IMG/VR virus record: IMGVR_UViG_3300028172_000069
Origin: a virus
Taxonomy: Duplodnaviria; Caudoviricetes
Length of the DNA stretch: 64,000 nt
Strand: one strand, 5' to 3'
The position numbers and the translations under genes were made by a program. Every line of letters starts with the position of its first letter. Within the stretch, counting starts at the first letter, position 1. Shown piece after piece: positions 36,684 to 45,138 of the stretch. Below the pieces are notes generated by a model. The model saw only the letters and a list, made by a program, of their open reading frames with translations, was not told the DNA's origin and did no database searches.

Positions 36684-37330
36684 TGCTTATCAACAACAAC
36701 ACGGGCGTCGCACTGACTTCCCGAGACCTGCAAGACTTCCACCCAGCCGAATTGCGCTATGTGTACGTGCTGGACGGTAGCAACTCTACGCGCAACAAGC
36801 TGGTGGAGCTGCGCAATCTGCCGTTCGACCTGCCTGAGATTCAGCGTCGCCAAATCCCGCACCCGCTGGATGCCCGCTACGGTGAAGTACCAGCAGACAT
36901 TCTCGCGTTCGCTGCGACGGTTGAAGTGCCTGAGTTGGTTGACTTGAGCTGGATCGTGCTCGACACGGACAGCAATCGCGTCATCAAGGCGCCGGAGTTC
37001 AGTGCCGACTATGACACAGTGGTTGTCCAGCTGTACAACTTCGGCGTCGAGCGTCTGCCGATGACCGTAACCAACCTGATGAAGTTTATCGGCAACATCC
37101 GCAAGCGCTATCACAGTGCGCGGGAAGAGCTGATGAACACCTACGGGTTGGAAGTTGATCCGCTGACTACCAAGTTCAAGCAGGACAATGTTATCGCCAT
37201 GTCGCTGGTGATCGAAGAAGACCTGCAGAAGCTCACGTGGGTCGAGAATCACCTCAAGCGTCTCAACAACAAGAACCCGAAGATCGCTTCGGCTGACGCG
37301 GTAGAGCGGGTACGGAAAGCCTACAAATGA
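36683..37330 (+). CDS. hypothetical protein
   Basis: 215 aa, TAATG overlap, GGAGG SD. Confidence 0.75.
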   Translation: MLINNNTGVALTSRDLQDFHPAELRYVYVLDGSNSTRNKLVELRNLPFDLPEIQRRQIPHPLDARYGEVPADILAFAATVEVPELVDLSWIVLDTDSNRVIKAPEFSADYDTVVVQLYNFGVERLPMTVTNLMKFIGNIRKRYHSAREELMNTYGLEVDPLTTKFKQDNVIAMSLVIEEDLQKLTWVENHLKRLNNKNPKIASADAVERVRKAYK

Positions 37331-37737
37331 GCAAAGCCAACTCACGGTTCAAAGACCGAATAGTCCTGTTTGCTGTGAGCCACACGTTCAAGCGGGTGTA
37401 CATTCTGCGCAACGTCCCACGAAAGATTGCCCGACGTATGACGGACAATGCAGGCAACTCGGGGAAGATTTTGCTATGCCTGTACAACCAATGGTTGGAT
37501 GCTGAGGAGCGCCGTGACGTTCAGTGCGTGCGCTTTGCCAATCTGCTGTCGAAAGACTTCTACCGCGCAATGTATCGCTACGTTGACCACGGCATTGAGC
37601 TAGAGTCGACCGACGAAGGCTTGGATAACTACCAAGTCGTTGGCGATTCGCGCGGTGTGTTGCAATACAAACGTGCGACCGGATGCTTCCTAGATTACAT
37701 CAACGGTTGGAAGAACGGTCACGTCGAAAGGATTTGA
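37327..37737 (+). CDS. hypothetical protein
   Basis: 136 aa, ATGA overlap. Confidence 0.7.
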   Translation: MSKANSRFKDRIVLFAVSHTFKRVYILRNVPRKIARRMTDNAGNSGKILLCLYNQWLDAEERRDVQCVRFANLLSKDFYRAMYRYVDHGIELESTDEGLDNYQVVGDSRGVLQYKRATGCFLDYINGWKNGHVERI

Positions 37738-37740
37738 GGC

Positions 37741-38043
37741 ATGAATTTTAAGCGAACCGTCTACATTCTCGGAGCGATGCACTACGGCTTGGATACGCCG
37801 CAGCAAATTGCAGATCACTCCGGGCTGGAGCTTGTAGCAATCGACAGGTCCATTCGAGACCATGCGAAGAAGTTTGGCATTACCTTCGAAAAAGATTCCG
37901 GTACCAAGCTGCGCGCGACGTACCGTTACAGCGTGACCGACTGGGGTGCACTGAATCCTGACTGGGTACGCGACAACATGGACCGCATCGCGGTTGAACT
38001 TGACCTGCCGAATATGGGTGAACGGAAATGGAAATTCAATTAA
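37741..38043 (+). CDS. winged helix-turn-helix protein, HTH_43 (PF09904)-like
   Basis: C-terminal Y.VTDWGALNPDWVRDNMDRI matches the family Y.I.DWG.I...W...N...I as recalled. Confidence 0.6.
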   Translation: MNFKRTVYILGAMHYGLDTPQQIADHSGLELVAIDRSIRDHAKKFGITFEKDSGTKLRATYRYSVTDWGALNPDWVRDNMDRIAVELDLPNMGERKWKFN

Positions 38044-38546
38044 GCGCCAACACGTGGATCGACAATGACGTACTCAACCTGAGCGATCATCAAGTGGTAG
38101 AGCTCCAGCGTATCGCGAGCCTGCCTGGGTTCAGTGGCTTGCTGGAACCCAACCTGAATCAGCGTCGTTCGCGTGGTCCTGTTGTCGTCACGTACCTCAA
38201 CGGCAGCCGTCGTGTGCAGATGCTACTCGGCGTGTACCGCACAATGCCGTGGCCACAAGATCAGCAGTTCACGCAACTGCACCAACGTGACGTGGCGATC
38301 AGCGCGCAGAAGCTGGTTATCCTGAAGGCGCTCAAGTCTCCTTTCAATCAGGAGCTGGGCAACTCGCTGGAAGAAAGTACGGCGCGTGTACAGCGTGCGC
38401 TCCAGCAGGTCAACGCTATGGAGACGATCAGCCCACTGAACGCACTGGAGGTGGCTGCGGTGTTTATTCATCATGCCAACTTGAAGCTGGCGTTTAAGGT
38501 GGTCGAGGACATTGACGAACAAACAGGGGCGCGCCGACATGGATAA
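38028..38546 (+). CDS. hypothetical protein
   Basis: 172 aa, tiling. Confidence 0.7.
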   Translation: MEIQLSANTWIDNDVLNLSDHQVVELQRIASLPGFSGLLEPNLNQRRSRGPVVVTYLNGSRRVQMLLGVYRTMPWPQDQQFTQLHQRDVAISAQKLVILKALKSPFNQELGNSLEESTARVQRALQQVNAMETISPLNALEVAAVFIHHANLKLAFKVVEDIDEQTGARRHG

Positions 38547-39273
38547 GATTGCTGGCGATACCGAGTTTGAACAGCACGCCCGTGACGTTCGCCAAGTTGA
38601 GTTCCTTGCGTACCAAGCAGCGCTGCTCTCCTACGAGGGTAACCTGCGCGAGACGCCTGCCGACACGTATCACCCGCTGCCGCCGCTTCCTCCCAAAGGC
38701 TTGCAGGATGCGCTGTTCACCATCAAGCAGTCTCAGGAGTACATCAGCAAGCAGTGGCGTGGTGGAAATGAAATCAACGGCGTTCCCACTCGACGTGATC
38801 TGTACCTTGAACTCTGGACGATGCTCGAACGTCACAAAGAACTGTTGGCGCGGGTTTGTGGTGTGAAGATGCCGCGCGTAGATGACGTGCATGGCTTCCT
38901 GCACACGCAGCGCAACCTAGACAGCAGCGAGTTGATCGCAGAACGTCTGGCCGAGTTTGGCAATCACCACTACCTGCACAAAGGTGACCTGTATGGTGAT
39001 CTGCGCAGAGCCATCGAGGCAATCGACCCAGCCGCTCGCGTCACCATTCACGGCAAGACGCGAACCATGTGGGTGCAGACTGAGTACATCCTGCTAGCGA
39101 TCGGGTACATCGGCGGTGGTTATGTGCTGGCTGCGGGCGCTGACATGGAGCTACCAGAGGGTGTGCAGCGCTTGAGCTACAAGACCTTGATCACGGAGTT
39201 TGCTGTCCGTGCTGAGGAGTGGAAGAACCGTGACGAAGATACGCCGCTGGATCGACTCCTGCGACGTGAATGA
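38539..39273 (+). CDS. hypothetical protein (start ATG 38539)
   Basis: AGGGG SD. Confidence 0.75.
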   Translation: MDKIAGDTEFEQHARDVRQVEFLAYQAALLSYEGNLRETPADTYHPLPPLPPKGLQDALFTIKQSQEYISKQWRGGNEINGVPTRRDLYLELWTMLERHKELLARVCGVKMPRVDDVHGFLHTQRNLDSSELIAERLAEFGNHHYLHKGDLYGDLRRAIEAIDPAARVTIHGKTRTMWVQTEYILLAIGYIGGGYVLAAGADMELPEGVQRLSYKTLITEFAVRAEEWKNRDEDTPLDRLLRRE

Positions 39274-39275
39274 CC

Positions 39276-39312
39276 AAAGGGCGTGTGAGGCTTCGGCTTC
39301 CGCGCCCTTTTT
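39276..39312 (+). terminator. intrinsic terminator
   Basis: GGGCGTGTGAGGC-TTCG-GCTTCCGCGCCC then TTTTT. Confidence 0.85.
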
Positions 39313-39362
39313 CGTTTGGCACTAATTTATACCCATAATTCCATCAACCGGAGCTTTGGGTA

Positions 39363-39623
39363 ATGATCGCAGAAGCGCTGACACAAGAAGACCGCAACAT
39401 TCTGAGCAAGATGCTGGAAGACATTAAAGCCATCAGCGTGGTCAAGGAGCCAGGGAAGTATTTCGCATTCCTGAAGACAGCCATCAAGGTAGCACAGCGT
39501 CGTGGTGCCAGTAGCTACGCGGATCGTTTCACCGACATGCTGCTGGGTGCGCAGCTCCAGTATCGGGCATACGAAAAGCGCCGTGACCAATATAACCAGA
39601 TGAACAAATCAAAGGTGGCATGA
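39363..39623 (+). CDS. hypothetical protein
   Basis: 86 aa after terminator. Confidence 0.65.
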   Translation: MIAEALTQEDRNILSKMLEDIKAISVVKEPGKYFAFLKTAIKVAQRRGASSYADRFTDMLLGAQLQYRAYEKRRDQYNQMNKSKVA

Positions 39624-39970
39624 TGGAGAAGACGACCTACACGTCGATCACTAAGGATGACCTGAACATCCTGGAAGCCCAGATGGTCGAACTGTTTGGC
39701 TGCACTAAGCTCTGGCGTGGTGATGACGGCAAGCTGTTTGCAGAGGGTGGCGGGGACACGTGGTCGGGTGGGGAGTCGGACTTCAACTACGGGCTGCGCA
39801 TTGCGAACAACCTGGGCTTTCGCCAGTATCAAGGGTCGAAGAACAACTGGGAGGCGCGAGTGGGCTTCGTACAGAAGTTTACCACTGGTACGGTGTGGGC
39901 TGATTTCAAAGAGACAAAGGGTTGCAAGGAAATGGGATACCACACGTATCTGCGGATTTTCAGCAACTAA
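39620..39970 (+). CDS. hypothetical protein
   Basis: 116 aa, ATGA overlap, AGGTG SD. Confidence 0.7.
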   Translation: MMEKTTYTSITKDDLNILEAQMVELFGCTKLWRGDDGKLFAEGGGDTWSGGESDFNYGLRIANNLGFRQYQGSKNNWEARVGFVQKFTTGTVWADFKETKGCKEMGYHTYLRIFSN

Positions 39971-39973
39971 AGG

Positions 39974-39998
39974 AAAAGGGAGCCTAGGCTCCCTTTTT
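39974..39998. terminator. bidirectional intrinsic terminator between convergent gene blocks
   Basis: Perfect palindrome AAAAGGGAGCCTAGGCTCCCTTTT (39974-39997). Confidence 0.9.
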
Positions 39999-40010
39999 CA
40001 GGTCTACGGA

Positions 40011-40421
40011 TTAGCGCAGACGTTGGATGCGGTCTTGGTAGACCTTGATCTTGTGCCGAAGTTCCATGTTCTCGCGGGCATATTCCCACGCATGTTTCTC
40101 GCCAGCTTTCGACGCACGGGCCTTACCCTTCTCGCCAGTCTGGTCAGCAATGATCTTCTTGTTGTGCGCGATCTTCTTCTCCAGCTGCGCAACCATCGAC
40201 TCTAGCTTGTGGATACGATCATCCGCAGCCTTGTCTCGGGTCTTCTTGTCAGTAGCTTTGCGCTTCTGTTTGGCGTAGATGGAGTTTGGATGGTCCTTGA
40301 CGTACTTGTCCTGCTTGCTCTTGGTGAGCTTCGCAAACCAGTTGCCAATGTTGAGCGCCTCAGCGCGATTACGGGCCCGTCTCTTTGGACGAGTCTTGGA
40401 GCGGCGCATCGTGGCAGCCAT
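40011..40421 (-). CDS. highly basic protein, possible internal virion or DNA-binding protein
   Basis: GAGGT SD; very K/R-rich; WF..L.K..Q..YVKDHPNS motif. Confidence 0.75.
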   Translation of the reverse strand: MAATMRRSKTRPKRRARNRAEALNIGNWFAKLTKSKQDKYVKDHPNSIYAKQKRKATDKKTRDKAADDRIHKLESMVAQLEKKIAHNKKIIADQTGEKGKARASKAGEKHAWEYARENMELRHKIKVYQDRIQRLR

Positions 40422-40422
40422 G

Positions 40423-40623
40423 TTAACCTCGCTTGATCTTCGCTAACCTCTCAGGGAGTAGTTGTTTCACCCTGATCTTTTCTTCGTCGCTGTAGCCATT
40501 CCAGTCGCGCACTTCCGCGAGAGTTCGGCCACACCCTCTGCAATCCTCGTCACTCACACAATGGCTGCAACGGCCAACGCACGGACTTCCTGTGGGTGTA
40601 TCACGATTTCCCATGATGCTCAT
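40423..40623 (-). CDS. DUF1289 family Cys-rich (Fe-S/Zn) protein (start ATG 40623)
   Basis: SPCVGRC...CRGCGRTLAEVRDW; ATGA overlap. Confidence 0.8.
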   Translation of the reverse strand: MSIMGNRDTPTGSPCVGRCSHCVSDEDCRGCGRTLAEVRDWNGYSDEEKIRVKQLLPERLAKIKRG

Positions 40624-41018
40624 GTTGCAACGATTCCCCATGCCATGATCAGGACTCTGATCGAAGCAGCAAGGCGAATGGACGTCCACGAACCTCCGAG
40701 CGCAATGGTACCAGTAGCGCCTCGCAGCGCATACCCTGAGCCACTGTTCATATTGAAACTGGAGTTCATGGTCGCCCATATCCTGTCGTAGACGTTTGCT
40801 TGTGCCGCAGCAACTGCGGTCACGCTGACGTGCATCGGTGCAGACGCAAACTTGGCAGCAGACCAGTCAACGGTGAAGTTGCCGTTGGTATCTGTCACCG
40901 CCTCGCCCATCCAGACTCGCAGCGAGCCTGATTTCAATGCACCGTCCTTCGTGTACACGGAGATACCAGGTAGAATCTCCTTGTTCGTAGGTACGATCAC
41001 CTTGCCGTTGATCTTCAT
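40620..41018 (-). CDS. small beta-rich tail-fibre-associated protein
   Basis: MKING start; GEAVTDTNGNFTVDWS..F...P.VSVT lectin-like pattern. Confidence 0.5.
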   Translation of the reverse strand: MKINGKVIVPTNKEILPGISVYTKDGALKSGSLRVWMGEAVTDTNGNFTVDWSAAKFASAPMHVSVTAVAAAQANVYDRIWATMNSSFNMNSGSGYALRGATGTIALGGSWTSIRLAASIRVLIMAWGIVAT

Positions 41019-41021
41019 GCG

Positions 41022-41759
41022 TCACTCCTTGATCGGTTGTCCCTCGGCGAGTGTGTTGCTGATGAAGCGGCCGATGACCCGACTCACTACACCGACGACG
41101 TTATCCAGTGTGGTGTGTTTGAAGTGCTGCGCTTCGTGATTGCCGTGCATGTAGTCCCAATGGACAGTCACTTTCTCGGCAGTAGGGTGTTGGCCCCAGT
41201 CCTCGATGCGCAGACGCAAGGTGCGGTCATCACCCTGCTTGACGATCACGTTGACGGTGTTGTCGTCTGCGACGTCCACTTCACCAGCGTTGTCCACGAT
41301 CACGGGCAGCGCACGCACGAACTGGGCGATGTTGTCCATGTTGCTGTTGGCTGCAAGGCCGAGCATACGCTCTTCCTTGAGAGCTTTCAGCATTGGACGA
41401 ATCAACTTCGGTACGGTCTTCATGGCATCTTTGTACGAGAACCACTTGCGCTTGCGCAGATGCTTCTCAGGCCAGTCTTCTGTATCGCGAGTGTACAGCA
41501 TACCGTACATCGTGACCTTCTGGTCCTTGCCCTGCTTCTTGTACTCGTACTTGCCAAGCGTGCTCAGGATGCGACCTGTAACACCCGCCTCTTCGTAGGT
41601 CTCCTTGAGCGCCGATTGCTGTGGCGTCAAGTCAGGCTCTACGCCACCCTTGGGGAATACCCAGTTCTTACCGTCGCTCGACTTGACCAGCAAGATTTCG
41701 TAGTCGAACTTGCGGTTGTAGCGGAAGACGACGCAACCACTCTGTTTACGCACAGCCAT
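41022..41759 (-). CDS. Nudix hydrolase (DIPP/Ap6A-like) with C-terminal extension
   Basis: WVFPKGGVEPDLTPQQSALKETYEEAGV Nudix box; RKRKWF. Confidence 0.9.
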   Translation of the reverse strand: MAVRKQSGCVVFRYNRKFDYEILLVKSSDGKNWVFPKGGVEPDLTPQQSALKETYEEAGVTGRILSTLGKYEYKKQGKDQKVTMYGMLYTRDTEDWPEKHLRKRKWFSYKDAMKTVPKLIRPMLKALKEERMLGLAANSNMDNIAQFVRALPVIVDNAGEVDVADDNTVNVIVKQGDDRTLRLRIEDWGQHPTAEKVTVHWDYMHGNHEAQHFKHTTLDNVVGVVSRVIGRFISNTLAEGQPIKE

Positions 41760-42384
41760 TTTCAGGCTCCTTCCAGGCTACTCGCGGAGCTTCACGCGAC
41801 TCGCGGCGCTCTCGCAACTTGGTGAACAGATCCTCGAACATGCGGCGCACAGCAGCGAACGGGTCATTGTCACTGGCTTCGGCAGTCAGTGGCTCTGGCG
41901 CTCCTGCATTAGGCTCAGCGACAGGCGCTTCGACTGGGCACAGTTGTTCTTTCGGGTCGTGCCAGACACCTTCAGGATCGAGAATCCAGTTGTCTGGAAT
42001 CACGATGCCACGATCGAGGTCTTCCAGTCGGCGATTGGCAACGCGAATCTGGTCGAGCGCCTTGTTGCGGCAGATACGCAGGGTGCGTTCCCACTCAGCG
42101 ACGATATCCTCGTAGGTACTGACGAAAGTGCTGTCAATGTCCTTGACGGTGATGGCGTCGTAGAAGTATTTGCCAGTGATGTTCCCGTCGGTGTCCGACT
42201 CGGCGCACTGCAAGGCTAGATCGTAGGTGACCTTGGAGCCGCTGAACTGCACCTTGTCGATGCGACCCTTGAGCGCCATTGCGTCTGCTACTTCAGGACG
42301 CAGGTTCCACATATCGGGATAGAAGTAGACGATGGTGCCAATCGCGTAACGGCTCGGCAGTGCCGAAGCAATGGAGATAATCAT
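41746..42384 (-). CDS. hypothetical protein (start ATG 42384, MIISIAS)
   Basis: AAGGGTG SD; avoids overlap with next gene. Confidence 0.7.
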   Translation of the reverse strand: MIISIASALPSRYAIGTIVYFYPDMWNLRPEVADAMALKGRIDKVQFSGSKVTYDLALQCAESDTDGNITGKYFYDAITVKDIDSTFVSTYEDIVAEWERTLRICRNKALDQIRVANRRLEDLDRGIVIPDNWILDPEGVWHDPKEQLCPVEAPVAEPNAGAPEPLTAEASDNDPFAAVRRMFEDLFTKLRERRESREAPRVAWKEPENGCA

Positions 42385-42388
42385 GGGA

Positions 42389-42841
42389 TCACCCTTGAGC
42401 AGGTACCAGGAAGTCTTCACGGCCGTCGCCGTAAGTCACGTAGAAGCCTTTGCGATTCAGCGGATGCTTGGAGATATACTCGGCATCCACGTCAACGAAG
42501 ATTTCTTCGTCGTAGGCGCAGAAGATGCGATGACCTTCGATCTTGCCTACTGGGAAGATTTCCAGAATCTCGTCCTCGTGAGGCTCGGCTGCCTCGGTCT
42601 GGTCGAGGTAGGCGTTGGAAACAGTGACGCTGATCAGGTCAACCTGCTCGCCTTCTTGAACAGATTCCACATCGAGGTGTACTTCGATACCTTGGCGGGT
42701 AACGATCACGCTCTCACCACTTGGAGCGAGTGCAGCGTCCATGAACAGGTCGCGGACCTGCTGCATGTCTTCGATGGTTGGTTGCCAGTCTTCGTTACCT
42801 TCGACTGTTACGTGAAACACATCGCGTTTTTGCTGAGTCAT
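42389..42841 (-). CDS. acidic hypothetical protein
   Basis: 150 aa, AAGGA SD. Confidence 0.75.
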   Translation of the reverse strand: MTQQKRDVFHVTVEGNEDWQPTIEDMQQVRDLFMDAALAPSGESVIVTRQGIEVHLDVESVQEGEQVDLISVTVSNAYLDQTEAAEPHEDEILEIFPVGKIEGHRIFCAYDEEIFVDVDAEYISKHPLNRKGFYVTYGDGREDFLVPAQG

Positions 42842-42860
42842 GGTAATTCCTTGATTGAAG

Positions 42861-43748
42861 TTATGCAGCTTGAATGTCTGCTGTCTTTGTATTCGGGAAC
42901 GCTCGACCAGTACCCCAAATCAAGCGGCAAGCGCCATTTTGTGCAGCAGTTCCAGGCCCAGAGGAGCCGGCGCCATAGTAAGGGCCTGGGGACGAACCTG
43001 GGACACCGTGATCAGACCTATTAAGCGGTACTCCATTTTCAGCCTTACCTTGCAATCCAACACCGCCACCTATGTAACTACTACCTCCGGACCCTGGCAT
43101 TGACACACCAGTACCGCCACCGCTATCGACGTCTGGAGCACCACCTATATTCCATGAGTAATAACCAGAAGTACCGGAACCGCCGTTACCTCCTTTACCG
43201 CCGTTACCTGTGTAGCCTGCTGCTCCGCCGCCTCCGCCACTTGACGCATCATTCGGACCAGACCAAGAACCACCAAATCCACCATTACCACCGTTGCCAC
43301 CACCTTTGTTTGTCAACGACACATGATGGGTGTAAGTACCTCCAAGGCCTCCAGGCCCACTGCCATTTGAAAACGACCCTGCGCGTCCATGGCGACCAGA
43401 TGTTGCAGCCATAAGCACGACACCTTTGCGGGATACGCTAGTCACCACGGTGCTAACAGCATTGTATATGGCCGTAACTTGCGAGGCTTGACCGACCACG
43501 ATATCAAGAACTTCGCCGGGTGTTACTGGAATTTCGTTGGCCCAGCATAAGGCACCACCGCCACCGCCACCACCCATGCGGCGACCATTTTCTCCGCTGC
43601 CTGCTCTACCGCCAGGGCCTACGCACACGGCACTAAGCATAGTGACCCCGTCGGGTACAACGAACTGTCGAGATTCGAGAATCGTGATCTGGCCAATTGG
43701 TTGTCTTGGGACCAAGCTGGGGGATTGTCTAGGAATTAGAGTCAGCAT
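42861..43748 (-). CDS. glycine-rich tail-fibre/adhesin-like protein A (start ATG 43748)
   Basis: GGGGGGALCWAN, multiple Gly-rich loops, ends RLIWGTGRAFPNT; AGGAAG SD. Confidence 0.8.
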   Translation of the reverse strand: MLTLIPRQSPSLVPRQPIGQITILESRQFVVPDGVTMLSAVCVGPGGRAGSGENGRRMGGGGGGGALCWANEIPVTPGEVLDIVVGQASQVTAIYNAVSTVVTSVSRKGVVLMAATSGRHGRAGSFSNGSGPGGLGGTYTHHVSLTNKGGGNGGNGGFGGSWSGPNDASSGGGGGAAGYTGNGGKGGNGGSGTSGYYSWNIGGAPDVDSGGGTGVSMPGSGGSSYIGGGVGLQGKAENGVPLNRSDHGVPGSSPGPYYGAGSSGPGTAAQNGACRLIWGTGRAFPNTKTADIQAA

Positions 43749-43846
43749 TGTACTTCCTGTGGGTGCCTTTAACACCCGTGCGTCGCATCTGCGAGGTGAT
43801 CGCCGTAAGGAAGGCACCGTTCCAGACAGCTTTAGATCATGTTGCG

Positions 43847-43867
43847 TCAGTTTTCGATTACACGTTT
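43847..43867. repeat. 21-bp direct repeat, copy 1
   Basis: TCAGTTTTCGATTACACGTTT; 20/21 identical to 44677-44697. Confidence 0.9.
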
Positions 43868-43871
43868 GGTA

Positions 43872-44669
43872 CTAGGCAGCTTCTGTAATGTCCGCTGTTC
43901 TGGTTTTAGGGAAGGCGCGACCTTTACCCCAGATGAATCGCACAGCGCCACCTTGAGCTTCCGCACCTCCAAAGAATGGACCCGGTGGGGAACCGTTAGC
44001 TTGCGCAGAGTATCCGGTGAAGCTGCCTTGACCGTTTGTTCCTTGGCCTTGCAAACCTACGCCTCCGCTGGCACTACCCTTGTTGGAGCCGCCGCCTCCA
44101 CCTGCACCGACACCACCGCCGACCGAGCCATTAGCAAAGCCACCGTCACCCGCATATCCACCAGCGCCACCAGCTGAGGGTGGAGCGCTACCTGACGTCA
44201 TACCGTTAGAGCCCGCGGCACCCTTACCACCACCCCACGTACCTGCAGGCAAAGTAGATGTGAACGTACCGCCAGCACCACCCGTTCGCTGGGGAGTGCC
44301 GCCATTGGCTGAGTTCCCATTGCCGCCATTCTTACCTGCACCAGCGCGCAGTATGACGGTGCCGTTGACTGCGATGGTCGTATCTGTCTGACTTCCAAGG
44401 GTACCAATCTTTACTTCGATGGTATCACCAGGGTTAACAGGTAAGGAGTTTGCCCAACATAGTGCACCGCCTCCACCAGCACCTGCGAAGTAGGTTACGC
44501 TGGGAAAACCAAAGACATAGTTGGCACCACGAGTACCACCTGATCCCACCGCTACGACGCAAAGATTCTCAGCTCCGTCTGGAACAGTGAAGGTTTGCGA
44601 AGAGGTCAGCGTCTGCTGTCCAACAACCGTCGATGGCATGCTTGACTTGACTGGGATTAGCGTGAGCAT
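43872..44669 (-). CDS. glycine-rich tail-fibre/adhesin-like protein B, paralog of A
   Basis: GAGGGGALCWAN, ends RFIWGKGRAFPKT; GAGGA SD. Confidence 0.8.
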   Translation of the reverse strand: MLTLIPVKSSMPSTVVGQQTLTSSQTFTVPDGAENLCVVAVGSGGTRGANYVFGFPSVTYFAGAGGGGALCWANSLPVNPGDTIEVKIGTLGSQTDTTIAVNGTVILRAGAGKNGGNGNSANGGTPQRTGGAGGTFTSTLPAGTWGGGKGAAGSNGMTSGSAPPSAGGAGGYAGDGGFANGSVGGGVGAGGGGGSNKGSASGGVGLQGQGTNGQGSFTGYSAQANGSPPGPFFGGAEAQGGAVRFIWGKGRAFPKTRTADITEAA

Positions 44670-44676
44670 CCGTTCC

Positions 44677-44697
44677 TCACTTTTCGATTACACGTTT
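44677..44697. repeat. 21-bp direct repeat, copy 2 (3' end of M15-like gene)
   Basis: TCACTTTTCGATTACACGTTT encodes KRVIEK-stop on the - strand. Confidence 0.9.
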
Positions 44698-45138
44698 ACG
44701 GTTGGAGAGCGTGCAGGAAACGCTGATCCAATGTTCCTTGTGCTGCAGGACGTCGAAGTCCTTGAGCGATTTGATGAACGCGAAGATGGCGTCGTTATCA
44801 CCACGCAGGCATACAGCTTGCGCGGTGTAGTGCTGCTTCATCGCCAGATACTCTTGCCACTGCTGTTCGCGGATGGGCTTCTTGTTCTCGATACACCACA
44901 TGGCGAACGCTTTGCGGCTGTACTCGCGCTCCAGGTTCTCGCAGCGATACCACGACGTGATGTACTGCGGCCCAAGCTCAGCCCACAAAGGCTCAAGCAC
45001 TTTCTCGGCAAGCAAGGCCGCGTTGTCTGCGTAGTCCTGATTGGGTACGATGTTGTCGATGCCAAGGCGGAATGCCGTTTCGTCGAACTGGACGTCGTAC
45101 ATGGTGAAGCTCTTGCTGATCTGAATACGGTTGTCCAT
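44677..45138 (-). CDS. peptidase M15A-like endolysin homolog with altered zinc ligands
   Basis: ISKSFT..ETA.RLGIDN...KVLEPL...GP..ITSWYR...QH..QAVC...FD.L...WISVS. Confidence 0.75.
   Translation of the reverse strand: MDNRIQISKSFTMYDVQFDETAFRLGIDNIVPNQDYADNAALLAEKVLEPLWAELGPQYITSWYRCENLEREYSRKAFAMWCIENKKPIREQQWQEYLAMKQHYTAQAVCLRGDNDAIFAFIKSLKDFDVLQHKEHWISVSCTLSNRKRVIEK

Noticed and set aside
39311-39339. Possible sigma70 promoter (TTCGTT-N17-CATAAT) after the terminator
   Set aside because: The -35 is poor and overlaps the U-tract; plausible but not supportable
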